Source: Actinomycetota bacterium (GTDB lineage: Bacteria; Actinomycetota; CADDZG01; JAHWKV01; JAOPZY01). From it: a stretch of DNA of 64,000 nt. The position numbers were made by a program, and so were the translations under genes. The stretch is taken from NCBI GenBank assembly GCA_035765775.1, contig DASTWV010000062.1, positions 6,887 through 70,886 on the forward strand. Reading direction: 5' to 3'. The notes below the pieces were generated by a model, which saw only the letters and a list, made by a program, of their open reading frames with translations, did no database searches and was not told the DNA's origin. Within the stretch, counting starts at the first letter, position 1, and each line of letters begins with the position of its first letter. Below are positions 1 to 8,561 of the stretch, piece by piece.

Positions 1-548
1 GCGACGACGAGGGCCGCCCCGGCTACATCGAGCGCATCGTCGGGCGACCCCGGCGGGTGGCCAAGGTGGTCAAGGGTGGCCGGCGCTTCTCGTTCAGTGC
101 GGTCGTGGTCGTCGGCGACGGCAAGGGCCGGGTCGGTGTGGGCCAGGGCAAGGCCCGTGAGGTGCCCGCCGCCATCGCCAAGGCCTCCGAGGCCGCCAAG
201 AAGGCGATGTTCGACGTGCCCCTGATCACCACCACCATCCCGCACCAGGTGCTGGGCGAGGCGTCGGGCGCGGTGGTCATGCTGAAGCCGGCGTCACCGG
301 GGACCGGCGTCATCGCCGGGGGCCCGGTCCGGGCGGTCGTCGAGGCCGCCGGGATCAAGGACCTGCTGTCCAAGTCGCTCGGCTCGTCCAACGCCATCAA
401 CATCGTCCACGCCACCATCGACGGCCTGCGGTCCCTGCAGCGCCCGGAGGATGTCGCCCGGCGCCGGGGCAAGCCGGTAGAGGAAGTGGCGCCCGCCTAC
501 CTGCTGAAGCCGGTCCCGGCGGTGCACTCGGCCAGCGCCGAGGGATAA
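1..548 (+). CDS. rpsE: 30S ribosomal protein S5 (N-terminus cut by window edge)
   Basis: The frame is open from nt 3. The translation ...[44 protein letters not shown]...[19 protein letters not shown] is typical S5, and rpmD-rplO-secY follow as in the spc operon. The track start at 57 is internal. Confidence 0.95.
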   Translation, partial: DDEGRPGYIERIVGRPRRVAKVVKGGRRFSFSAVVVVGDGKGRVGVGQGKAREVPAAIAKASEAAKKAMFDVPLITTTIPHQVLGEASGAVVMLKPASPGTGVIAGGPVRAVVEAAGIKDLLSKSLGSSNAINIVHATIDGLRSLQRPEDVARRRGKPVEEVAPAYLLKPVPAVHSASAEG

Positions 549-573
549 TCGAGGAGCGCTCTAGGAGTAAGTC

Positions 574-792
574 ATGGCCAACGTCCGCGTCACCCAGGTG
601 AAGAGTTCCGTCTCCCGTCATGCCGACCAGGGACGGACCCTGCGCGCCCTCGGCATCACCCACATCGGCGCCTCGGTGGTCCACGAGGAGAAGCCCGAGA
701 TCCTGGGCATGATCGCCAAGGTCGCCCACCTGGTGACCGTCGAGCCGACGACCGGGCTCCAGCCCGGCGACCGCAAGAGGAGAGGCCAATGA
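574..792 (+). CDS. rpmD: 50S ribosomal protein L30
   Basis: MANVRVTQVKSSVSRHADQGRTLRALGITHIG... is L30-like, and the gene sits between rpsE and rplO. Its stop overlaps the rplO start (ATGA). Confidence 0.9.
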   Translation: MANVRVTQVKSSVSRHADQGRTLRALGITHIGASVVHEEKPEILGMIAKVAHLVTVEPTTGLQPGDRKRRGQ

Positions 793-1274
793 AGCTGCAC
801 GACCTGGCACCCGCACCGGGCTCCCGCAAGCCGCGCCGGCGGGTCGGCCGCGGCCGGGCGGGCGACGGCGGCAAGACCGCGGGCCGGGGCACCAAGGGTG
901 CCAAGGCCCGGGGGCAGATCCACCGCACGTACGAGGGTGGGCAGATCCCCCTGCAGATGCGGCTGCCGAAGCTGCCCGGGTTCCGCTCGCCGAACCGGGT
1001 GCCGTTCACCGTCGTCAACCTGGGCGCGCTGGCCGACGCCTTCGACGCCGGCGAGTTGATCGATCCCGACACGCTGCGGGGCAAGGGCCTCGTGCGCAAG
1101 AAGGGGCCGGTGAAGGTGCTGGGCAATGGCGAGGTCACGAAGGTGCTCCGGGTGCGGGCGCACGCCTTCAGCGCTTCCGCGGTGGCCAAGATCGAGGCGG
1201 CCGGCGGGGCCACCGAGGTGCTCGAAGGGGCGCGTGGCGCCGCCGGGGTCGGTGGCTCCGGTATCAGCGGATAA
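789..1274 (+). CDS. rplO: 50S ribosomal protein L15
   Basis: MKLHDLAPAPGSRKPRRRVGRGRAGDGGKTAGRGTKGAKARG is a typical L15 N-terminus, and the operon context fits. Confidence 0.95.
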   Translation: MKLHDLAPAPGSRKPRRRVGRGRAGDGGKTAGRGTKGAKARGQIHRTYEGGQIPLQMRLPKLPGFRSPNRVPFTVVNLGALADAFDAGELIDPDTLRGKGLVRKKGPVKVLGNGEVTKVLRVRAHAFSASAVAKIEAAGGATEVLEGARGAAGVGGSGISG

Positions 1275-1301
1275 GGAACGGCACGGGGCTAAGGTGACGA
1301 G

Positions 1302-2588
1302 ATGCTCGACGCCTTCGTAAACGCTGTCAAGGTCCCGGATCTTCGCAAGAAGCTTCTCTTCACGCTGGCCATCATCGCCATCTACCGCCTGGGTTCCCAC
1401 ATCCCGGTGCCGGGCATCGATGTCAAGACCGCCCGCAGCCTGACCAATGTCAACGGCGGGGCGCTGGGGCTCCTCAACCTCTTCTCGGGCGGCGCCCTGA
1501 CCCAGTTGGCGGTGTTCGCCCTGGGGATCATGCCCTACATCAACTCCAGCATCATCATGCAGCTCCTGGCGGTGGTCATCCCGAAGCTCGAGGCCTGGCA
1601 GAAAGAGGGCGAGGTCGGGATGAAGAAGATCACCCAGTGGACCCGCTACCTGACCGTGGGCCTGGCCGTCCTGCAGTCCACCGGGCTGGCGTTCCTCTTC
1701 CACCGGGGTGGCCTGACCAACGCCAGCGGCAACCCGGTGGACCTGATCCCGAAGTTCACCGTCGCCCGGGTGTCGCTCATCGTGTTGACGCTGACCGCGG
1801 GCACCGCCGTGATCATGTGGTTCGGCGAACTCATCACCACCCGCGGCCTGGGCAACGGCATGTCGATCCTGATCTTCGCCGCCATCGTCGCCCAACTCCC
1901 CTCCGAGGGCCTCGGCATCCAGCAGCAGCGGGGCTGGGGCTGGTTCACGCTGATCCTGGCGCTGGGCATCGGCATCATCGTGGCCATCGTCATCGTCGAG
2001 CAGGGCCAGCGCCGCATCCCGGTGCAGTACGCCAAGCGGGTGGTGGGCCGAAAACTCTACGGCGGCACCTCGACCTATATCCCCCTGAAGGTGAACCAGG
2101 CCGGGGTCATCCCCATCATCTTCGCCGCCTCCGTTCTGTACTTCCCGGCCCTGATCTCCACAGTCGTGCCGTGGACGTGGCTGACCAACTTCCTGAACAA
2201 CGACGTGGTCAACCAGGGGGCCGCCTTCCACATCGCGCTCTACGGCCTCCTTATTGTGTTCTTCACCTACTTCTATACGGCCATCACCTTCAACCCCATC
2301 GAGGTGGCGGACAACATGAAGAAGTACGGTGGGTTCATCCCTGGGATCCGGCCCGGGCGGGCCACCGCCGAGCACTTGGACTACATCCTCACCCGCATCA
2401 CGCTGCCCGGGTCCCTGTTCCTGGCGGCGGTCGCCATCCTGCCGTCCATCGCCCTCGCCCTGCTGAAGGTGACCAACTTCCCCTTCGGCGGTACTTCCAT
2501 CCTCATCACCGTCGGTGTGGCGCTCGAGACGATGAAGCAGCTCGAGTCGCAACTCATGATGCGTCACTACGAGGGCTTCCTGACCTGA
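1302..2588 (+). CDS. secY: preprotein translocase subunit SecY
   Basis: 428-aa polytopic protein with LFSGGAL...FALGIMPYINSSIIMQLL and a C-terminal ...ALETMKQLESQLMMRHYEGF. It sits in the spc operon position. Confidence 0.97.
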   Translation: MLDAFVNAVKVPDLRKKLLFTLAIIAIYRLGSHIPVPGIDVKTARSLTNVNGGALGLLNLFSGGALTQLAVFALGIMPYINSSIIMQLLAVVIPKLEAWQKEGEVGMKKITQWTRYLTVGLAVLQSTGLAFLFHRGGLTNASGNPVDLIPKFTVARVSLIVLTLTAGTAVIMWFGELITTRGLGNGMSILIFAAIVAQLPSEGLGIQQQRGWGWFTLILALGIGIIVAIVIVEQGQRRIPVQYAKRVVGRKLYGGTSTYIPLKVNQAGVIPIIFAASVLYFPALISTVVPWTWLTNFLNNDVVNQGAAFHIALYGLLIVFFTYFYTAITFNPIEVADNMKKYGGFIPGIRPGRATAEHLDYILTRITLPGSLFLAAVAILPSIALALLKVTNFPFGGTSILITVGVALETMKQLESQLMMRHYEGFLT

Positions 2589-2592
2589 TGCG

Positions 2593-3276
2593 GTGCGCCT
2601 AGTCATCCTAGGCCCGCCCGGAGCGGGGAAGGGTACCCAGACCAGCCGCCTGGCCTCCGATCTGGGCATTGCCCACATCGCCACCGGCGACATCTTCCGG
2701 GCGATGCGCAGCTCGACGGACACGCAGCAGTCCCCGCTGGCCGACCGGCTGCGGTCCTACATGGACCGGGGCGAGCTGGTCCCCGATGAGCTGACCAACG
2801 AGATCGTCGCCCATCGCCTGGCGGAGCCGGATGCCGAGCCCGGGTTCCTCCTGGACGGCTACCCCCGCACCACCGAGCAGGCCAAGGTGCTGGACGCCGA
2901 GCTGGAAGCCCAGGGCCGCCCCATCGACAAGGCCGTGAAGCTCATGATCACCGGCCCGGAGATCATCGCCCGGCTGGCCGGCCGGCTGGTGTGCCCGGTG
3001 GACGGCGCCACGTACCACCTGCGGTCGAACCCACCCCGGGTGCCCGGCTTGTGCGACCTCGACGGCACCCCCCTGGTGCAGCGCCCCGACGACACCGAAG
3101 AGGCGGTCCTGCGCCGCCTGGAGGTCTACGGCAAGCAGACCAAGCCGCTCTACGACTGGTATGCCGCCCGTGGCATCCTGGACGAGGTCGATGCCATCGG
3201 GACGCCCGACGAGGTCTACGAGCGTCTCGCCAAGGTGGTGGGCCTGCACCGCAACGGGGTGGGAGGTGCTACGTGA
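2593..3276 (+). CDS. adk: adenylate kinase
   Basis: GTG start. It has the P-loop VRLVILGPPGAGKGTQ and a lid region CPVDGATYH...CDLDG, and it follows secY. Confidence 0.95.
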   Translation: MRLVILGPPGAGKGTQTSRLASDLGIAHIATGDIFRAMRSSTDTQQSPLADRLRSYMDRGELVPDELTNEIVAHRLAEPDAEPGFLLDGYPRTTEQAKVLDAELEAQGRPIDKAVKLMITGPEIIARLAGRLVCPVDGATYHLRSNPPRVPGLCDLDGTPLVQRPDDTEEAVLRRLEVYGKQTKPLYDWYAARGILDEVDAIGTPDEVYERLAKVVGLHRNGVGGAT

Positions 3277-4043
3277 TCAGCAAGAAGACGCCAGAACAGC
3301 TTGAGAAGATGCTCTACGCCGGCCAGGCGCTGGCGGAGGTCATCGCTGAACTGGCGAAGGTGCTGGCCCCCGGCATCACGCTGCTCGAAGTGGACGCCCT
3401 GGCCGAGCGCCTCATCCGTGACCGGGGGGCGGTCCCCTCGTTCCTCGGCTACCGGGGCTTCCCGGGGAGTATCTGCGCCTCACCCAACAGCGTCATCGTC
3501 CACGGTATCCCGGACGGGACCGTGCTGCGGGATGGCGACCTGCTGTCGGTGGACGGCGGCCTCATTTTGGACGGCTGGCACGCCGACAGCGCCTACACCT
3601 ACCCCATCGGGACGGTGTCGGCCAAGGCCAAGCGGTTGCTGGACACCACCCAGGCGTCCCTGGAGGCCGGCATCGCCCAGTGCCGGCCCGGGAACCGGCT
3701 GACCGACATCTCCCACGCCGTCCAGCGAGTGGTTGAGAAGGCCGGTTTCAGCGTGGTGAAGGAGTTCGTCGGTCACGGGATCGGCCGTGACCTGCACGAA
3801 GACCCCCAGATCCCGAACTTCGGCCCGCCCGGCCGGGGGCCGCTGATCGAGCCCGGCATGGTGTTCGCCATCGAGCCGATGGTCAACGTGGGCGGCTGGC
3901 GTACCCGCACCCTGGACGACGGGTGGACCGTGGTGACCGCCGATGGCAGCCTGTCGGCGCACTTCGAGCACACGGTGGCCGTCACCCCGGCCGGGCCGCT
4001 GGTGCTCACCCGGCTGCCGGCATCCTCCTCGGTGAGCCGCTAG
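3273..4043 (+). CDS. map: type I methionine aminopeptidase
   Basis: An in-frame GTG at 3273 overlaps the adk stop (GTGA). The translation VISKKTPEQLEKM...SPNSVIVHGIP...DGWHADSAYT...FVGHGIGRDLHE...FAIEPM...HFEHTV carries MetAP metal-ligand motifs. The track ORF start at 2991 lies inside adk. Confidence 0.93.
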   Translation: MISKKTPEQLEKMLYAGQALAEVIAELAKVLAPGITLLEVDALAERLIRDRGAVPSFLGYRGFPGSICASPNSVIVHGIPDGTVLRDGDLLSVDGGLILDGWHADSAYTYPIGTVSAKAKRLLDTTQASLEAGIAQCRPGNRLTDISHAVQRVVEKAGFSVVKEFVGHGIGRDLHEDPQIPNFGPPGRGPLIEPGMVFAIEPMVNVGGWRTRTLDDGWTVVTADGSLSAHFEHTVAVTPAGPLVLTRLPASSSVSR

Positions 4044-4310
4044 CCGCGGCGGGCATGCCAGATATCAATAGATGTTCGCAAACATGACGCCCGTGGGGCG
4101 AGCCGCTTAAGTCGACCGGCTCCGGCGGGCGCCCGGTTCACCACGGCCGAATCGAAGGGCTTTCTCCCGCGCTTGTGGAGCGGCCGCGGCGTCGCGGGCC
4201 TGTCTGCGGGCGCACGGTGGGGCGAACAGGAAATTCGACCTCGCGAAGAGGTAAGCTTCGTGCCCCTGTAATTACGGCCGCAGCACGAGCTTCCCCGAGC
4301 TTCCCCACGT

Positions 4311-5840
4311 GTGATGGACCAAGTCGACGACGTTGACCCGCTGGAGCTGGTCTTCCCTGAGGATCTCGGGGTAGCCGATGCGGTCTCGGGGGCGGCGGCC
4401 CTCGGTGTTAATTCAGCTGTGGCCCGCGAGCCATCCATCCGCCTCGCTCCGGCCATCTTTCCGGTCGATCCACTGTGCGGGCCGGTGTTCCGGGACTTCG
4501 AGCAGGCCGGCGTGCGGTGGTGCCTGCTGGGTCTGCCCGAGGGATCCCGGGACCCCCGGGGTCTGCGGGAGGAAGTGGTGACCGCCCTCGTGGACCCGCC
4601 GGCGCTCGGCAGCGCCAAGCGGATCCTGCGGGCGAACGGCTTCGCCGCCGTGCCGATCTGGGACCAGCCCCGGGAGGGCGCCCAGCGCGCCCCCCAGGGC
4701 GAGGGCACCCACCGCTTCGTGGGCTACAACCCCAAGAGCGACTGCTGGGTCACGCTGCTCCTCGTCACCCGCCTGGCCTACGGCCCGTTCGCCACCCTGG
4801 AGACCGGCGCCGAGCGGGGCTGCCTGGAGCGGCGGCGCTGGGAGGGCGGCGTCTTCCTCCTCAACCAGGACGATGCCTTCTGGACGCTGCTGGTCGGCAT
4901 GCTGCTGGACCACCCACCCGGTGTGCCCCTACCCGCCTCCCCGGACCCGCTGGCCTTCAGCCGGCTTGAGCGCCTCGTGGTGGAGGCCCGCACCGACAGC
5001 CCCATCGCCCGCCTCATCGGCGGCTTCCTCCCGGCGGGCTGGGAGCCCCAGCACCTGGTGGACTGCGTGTGGGAGGGCGAGTGGGACGTCCTGGCCCGCC
5101 TCGCACCCACGGTCGAGTCGGAGTGGCTCGCCTCCCGCACCTGGGCCGCCCGCCGGCGTGGCGCAGGGGCACGCTTCGCCTCCCGGGTGGGGGCACGGCG
5201 GCTGCTGGGGGGGTTGCTGAGCGGCTCCCGGGGCCTGTCCGTGGCACTCCTGGCGCCCGACCCCGCCTTGAAAGGGGTCCTCGCCAGCGAACTCGGGGAG
5301 ACCTTCTACCTGCCGGTGAGCTACATCCGCATGGGCGCGGCTCCCCGCCGGCCAGGGCGGAGCCGGCGCCTCACCCGGGCGGGATTCCTGCGCACCCTGA
5401 CCACCTTCTGGCGTCGCTGGGCGTCAGGCTCGCTCCGGCGGGCCAAGGGGCGCCTGGTCCTGTTCGACCGCTACACCTATGACGCCCGCATCCCGCCCCT
5501 CACCCCGGTGCGGGGTCTGGGCCGGCTCCAGCGCATCGTGCTTGGGCGGGCCTGCCCGGCCCCCGACCTCGCGGTCATCCTGGACGCCCCGGCGGCCCTG
5601 CGGCCCCGGCGCACCCGGGGACCGGGCGGCGTGGAGGTGCCCTTTGCGGTGCGCCGGCGGCAATACCTTGACCTCGCCCTGCGGCTCCCGGACGCCCTGT
5701 GCGTGGAGGCCCGCTCGGGCGAGGACCGCCTGCGCCGGGAGGTCACCGCCCAGGTTTGGCGGGCCTACGCCGCCCTGCCGGCGCCGGTGTGGCTGCGCTG
5801 CGCCCGGCGCCTCCGGCGGCCGTGGAGGTCGGGCCGCTAG
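4311..5840 (+). CDS. degenerate paralogue of the downstream nucleotidyltransferase/P-loop-kinase fusion protein (predicted pseudoenzyme)
   Basis: The 509-aa product is collinear with the 6186-7514 product (AGVRWCLLG, DDAFWTLLVGMLLD, GRLVLFDRYTYDA, VWRAYAA). The NTase motif position reads EEVVTALVD and the Walker A position reads LLAPDPALKGV. A 10-bp tandem duplication gagcttcccc x2 (4287-4306) abuts the GTG/ATG start and no clear RBS is visible. Confidence 0.6.
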   Translation: MMDQVDDVDPLELVFPEDLGVADAVSGAAALGVNSAVAREPSIRLAPAIFPVDPLCGPVFRDFEQAGVRWCLLGLPEGSRDPRGLREEVVTALVDPPALGSAKRILRANGFAAVPIWDQPREGAQRAPQGEGTHRFVGYNPKSDCWVTLLLVTRLAYGPFATLETGAERGCLERRRWEGGVFLLNQDDAFWTLLVGMLLDHPPGVPLPASPDPLAFSRLERLVVEARTDSPIARLIGGFLPAGWEPQHLVDCVWEGEWDVLARLAPTVESEWLASRTWAARRRGAGARFASRVGARRLLGGLLSGSRGLSVALLAPDPALKGVLASELGETFYLPVSYIRMGAAPRRPGRSRRLTRAGFLRTLTTFWRRWASGSLRRAKGRLVLFDRYTYDARIPPLTPVRGLGRLQRIVLGRACPAPDLAVILDAPAALRPRRTRGPGGVEVPFAVRRRQYLDLALRLPDALCVEARSGEDRLRREVTAQVWRAYAALPAPVWLRCARRLRRPWRSGR

Positions 5841-5895
5841 CTCGCCGCCCTTCCGCCCGCCCGGCCCCGGTCCCGCTCCGAGTCCGCTGAGGTCG

Positions 5896-5930
5896 GGGAC
5901 ATTCGTCCCGGGCAGTGGGACAAATGTCCC
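5896..5930. promoter_or_regulatory. two adjacent GGGAC-N4-GTCCC palindromes (candidate operator pair)
   Basis: The sequence is GGGACattcGTCCC (5896-5909), a 7-nt spacer, then GGGACaaatGTCCC (5917-5930). It lies in the 345-bp intergenic region between the two paralogue genes. Confidence 0.35.
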
Positions 5931-6099
5931 TCGAAATGATGTTGACGGCGGCGCCCTTCGCAGCCCTGCTGCCCAAAACCCCGCAACCGGTCGCCCCTGC
6001 GGCTTGACTATCTATAGAAGCATCATTCCCGGTCGCCACGGACGGGTTCATCCCCTTCGAGGGAAACTCGACCGACCCCAGCTCGCCCGGCCCGGGCCC

Positions 6100-6162
6100 G
6101 GGTCCGGCCCGCAGGGCACTGGGTCCGGCCCGCAGGGCGCTGGTTCCGGCCCGCAGGGCGCA
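6100..6162. repeat. 3 x 21-bp tandem direct repeat
   Basis: The copies are gggtccggcccgcagggcact, gggtccggcccgcagggcgct and ggttccggcccgcagggcgca. The array ends 24 nt before the ATG at 6186. Confidence 0.8.
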
Positions 6163-6185
6163 ATGCCGATAACAATGGAATCCCT

Positions 6186-7514
6186 ATGAGCGCGCCCGCA
6201 CCCATCCACCCGCTCCTACGTGCCGCCTTCGGCGCTCTCGACGAGGCCGGGGTGCGCTGGGCCCTCCTCCGGGGTGAGGCCCGCCTCGCCGATCCCTCCG
6301 GCGATGTGGATCTGCTTGTGGCGCCCGAGGATCTCGACCGCATGCAGTCGGCTCTCGCCCCGCTGGCCATCGTCCCCGTGGAGCGCTGGGGGGGCTCCCA
6401 TCGGCTCTTCTTCGGCTACGACCCGGGGACGGACCGCTGGATCGAGCTCGACGCCGAGCCGGACCTCGACTACGGTCCCCAGGCCAGCTTCCTGGTCAAC
6501 TGGCTGCTCCCCGCCCTGCGGACCCACGCCGGCCCGGGGTGCCTCGCTCGGCGCCGGCAGGTGGGCGGGGTCTGGGTGCTGGACCCCGACGACGCCTTCT
6601 GGACGCTCCTCCTGCACTGCATCGTGGACAAGCGGGCCGTGGCCGAACGCCACCGGGGACGCCTGATGGAGCTGGCCGCCGAGGCCACGCCGGGCGGCCA
6701 GATCGGGCGCCGGGTCGGTCTGGCGTGCCCACCCGGCTGGGATGCCGCCCGGGTTATCGGGGCGGCCAGGAACGGGGAGTGGGACGCCCTGGTGGCCCTC
6801 GGGGCCGAGATCCCCCGCCGGGCCGCCGCCCGGCATCCGGTCGCCAGCCGGGCGACGGGCTTCGCCCAGGGGGTCGGCCGCCTGGGGGCCACCGCCGCCC
6901 GCATGCGGCGTGGCCGGGGCTTCAGCGTGGCGCTGCTGGGGCCGGACGGGTCGGGGAAGTCGACGCTGTCGAGCGGCTTGGTCGAGCACCTCGGGGTGCC
7001 TGCCCGGCTGGTGTACATGGGGCTGTGGCAGGGCGAGGAGGGCCAAGAACGGTCGATCGCACAGGCCGGCCTCGCCACCGCCAAGCGCCCGCTCAAAGTC
7101 TGGCGCCGCTACCTGGAGAGCCGCTACCACCGGGCCCGGGGGCGCATCGTGATCTTCGACCGGCACGTGTACGACGCCCTGCTCCCGCCCGAGCCCCCCC
7201 TGGTGGCGGCCAAGCGGGTCTTCTTCGGGTTCCTCGCCCACTCCGCCCCCGGGCCGCAGCTGACCCTGGTGCTCGACGTGCCCTCCGAGGTGGCGGCGCG
7301 CCGGCGCCCGGACGAGGATCCCGGCCGGCTCGGGCGCCTCCGGGACCAGTACCTGGCCCTGGCCGGGCGCCTGCCGCACGCCGAGGTGGTGCCCGCCGAG
7401 GGGACCCCGGACGAGGTGCGCATCGAGGCGACCAACCGGATCTGGCGGGCCTATGCCCGGCGCCGCTCCGGTCGCCCGCTCCGGGGCGCCGACGATGGCC
7501 AAGCCGAAGGCTAG
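6186..7514 (+). CDS. Pol-beta-type nucleotidyltransferase domain fused to a thymidylate-kinase-like P-loop kinase domain
   Basis: The N-terminal half has AGVRWALLRGEARLADPSGDVDLLVAPEDL, a minimal-NTase G-x-D-x-D-type signature. The C-terminal half has the Walker A LLGPDGSGKSTLSSGL and IVIFDRHVYDAL. Confidence 0.7.
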   Translation: MSAPAPIHPLLRAAFGALDEAGVRWALLRGEARLADPSGDVDLLVAPEDLDRMQSALAPLAIVPVERWGGSHRLFFGYDPGTDRWIELDAEPDLDYGPQASFLVNWLLPALRTHAGPGCLARRRQVGGVWVLDPDDAFWTLLLHCIVDKRAVAERHRGRLMELAAEATPGGQIGRRVGLACPPGWDAARVIGAARNGEWDALVALGAEIPRRAAARHPVASRATGFAQGVGRLGATAARMRRGRGFSVALLGPDGSGKSTLSSGLVEHLGVPARLVYMGLWQGEEGQERSIAQAGLATAKRPLKVWRRYLESRYHRARGRIVIFDRHVYDALLPPEPPLVAAKRVFFGFLAHSAPGPQLTLVLDVPSEVAARRRPDEDPGRLGRLRDQYLALAGRLPHAEVVPAEGTPDEVRIEATNRIWRAYARRRSGRPLRGADDGQAEG

Positions 7515-8544
7515 CGTCCCCCTGTCGCGGGGATTCGGGCTCGTCCAGGGCCGCGTGCGCCGGGCCCGGGTGGGGCGGGAAGCCCTGGCATCGGCCCCGG
7601 CGCTCGTCCCGGCCATCCTGACCGAGGTCGCCCGCCAGAGCGGCCTGCCCGCCGAGGGCTGGGTGGTGCTGCGCTCGGCCCTCTCCGGTACCCAGGTGGT
7701 GGTCATGATGGTCGGCCCCCAGGGCGGCGCCCCCGTCGCCGTGCTGAAGGTGCCCGCCACGGCCGATGGCCTCGCCAGCCAAGCCCGGGAGGGGACGGTC
7801 CTGGAGGCACTCGCCGGCCTGCCCGGCCCCTTCCGGATCCCCCGCCGCCTGGCCCAAGGCACGGTCGGCGGGCGCGGCTTTGTGGCCGAGGAGGCCATCC
7901 CCGGGGTGCCCGGCGATGCACTTATGACCGGTGCCGGCGCCAACCAGGCCCTCGCCGGTTCGGCGGCTGCGGTCATCACGGACTGGCACCGGGCGACCGG
8001 TGAGCCGGTGGTTGTCGGCGCCGACCTGCTCGGCCGCTGGGTGGACGAACGGGTCGCGGCGCTGTCCCCGGCGGTGCGCCAGCCGGCGCTCCTGGAGCGC
8101 CTGGGCACGCTGCTCCGGGGAGCCTGGGAGGGCCGCGAGGCGGTGGTCTCCTGGGTGCACGGCGACTTCTGGCCCGCCAACGTGCTCTTCGAACCGGTCA
8201 CCCTGGCGGTGACCGGCATCATCGACTGGGAGTGGGCAGCGCCGCAGGAGCTGCCCGCCCAGGACCTGTGCTACCTGCTGATCCAGGCCCGGATGCGGGC
8301 GACCGGCCGTGAGTTCGGCCCGGTGGTGGCCGCCCTTCTGGAGGGGGCCGCCTGGACCGCACCGGAGACCGCCGTCCTGGAGGCCGGTGGCGTCATCGCC
8401 CCGGGCGAGGCAGGCCCGGGCCGGGATGTCCTGCTGCTGGTGTGGTTGCGCCACGTGGCCTACAACCTGCTGCAGCACCCGGGCGACGCCCGCAACTGGG
8501 TCTGGACCGGGCGCAACCTGGAACCGGTGCTGCGCCGGGTCTGA
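7495..8544 (+). CDS. aminoglycoside/choline-kinase-fold phosphotransferase (APH family)
   Basis: It has VAVLKVP (lysine strand), the catalytic loop WVHGDFWPANVLF and the metal-binding IIDWEWA. The ATG at 7495 overlaps the previous gene by 20 nt, and an alternative start lies at 7453. Confidence 0.7.
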   Translation: MAKPKASVPLSRGFGLVQGRVRRARVGREALASAPALVPAILTEVARQSGLPAEGWVVLRSALSGTQVVVMMVGPQGGAPVAVLKVPATADGLASQAREGTVLEALAGLPGPFRIPRRLAQGTVGGRGFVAEEAIPGVPGDALMTGAGANQALAGSAAAVITDWHRATGEPVVVGADLLGRWVDERVAALSPAVRQPALLERLGTLLRGAWEGREAVVSWVHGDFWPANVLFEPVTLAVTGIIDWEWAAPQELPAQDLCYLLIQARMRATGREFGPVVAALLEGAAWTAPETAVLEAGGVIAPGEAGPGRDVLLLVWLRHVAYNLLQHPGDARNWVWTGRNLEPVLRRV

Positions 8545-8561
8545 CGCGTGCCCCCGGGCGC

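Noticed and set aside
618-2723. Very long antisense or off-frame ORFs in the six-frame track, for example 618-2723(-), 6216-8222(-), 7093-9867(-), 21360-23294(-), 27163-29538(-), 46980-49388(-), 50547-52523(-) and the upstream two thirds of 58157-61039(-).
   Set aside because: They overlap confidently identified conserved genes on the other strand or in another frame. Their translations are Arg/Pro/Gly/Ala-rich low-complexity strings typical of stop-codon-poor high-GC DNA. None shows a recognisable motif.
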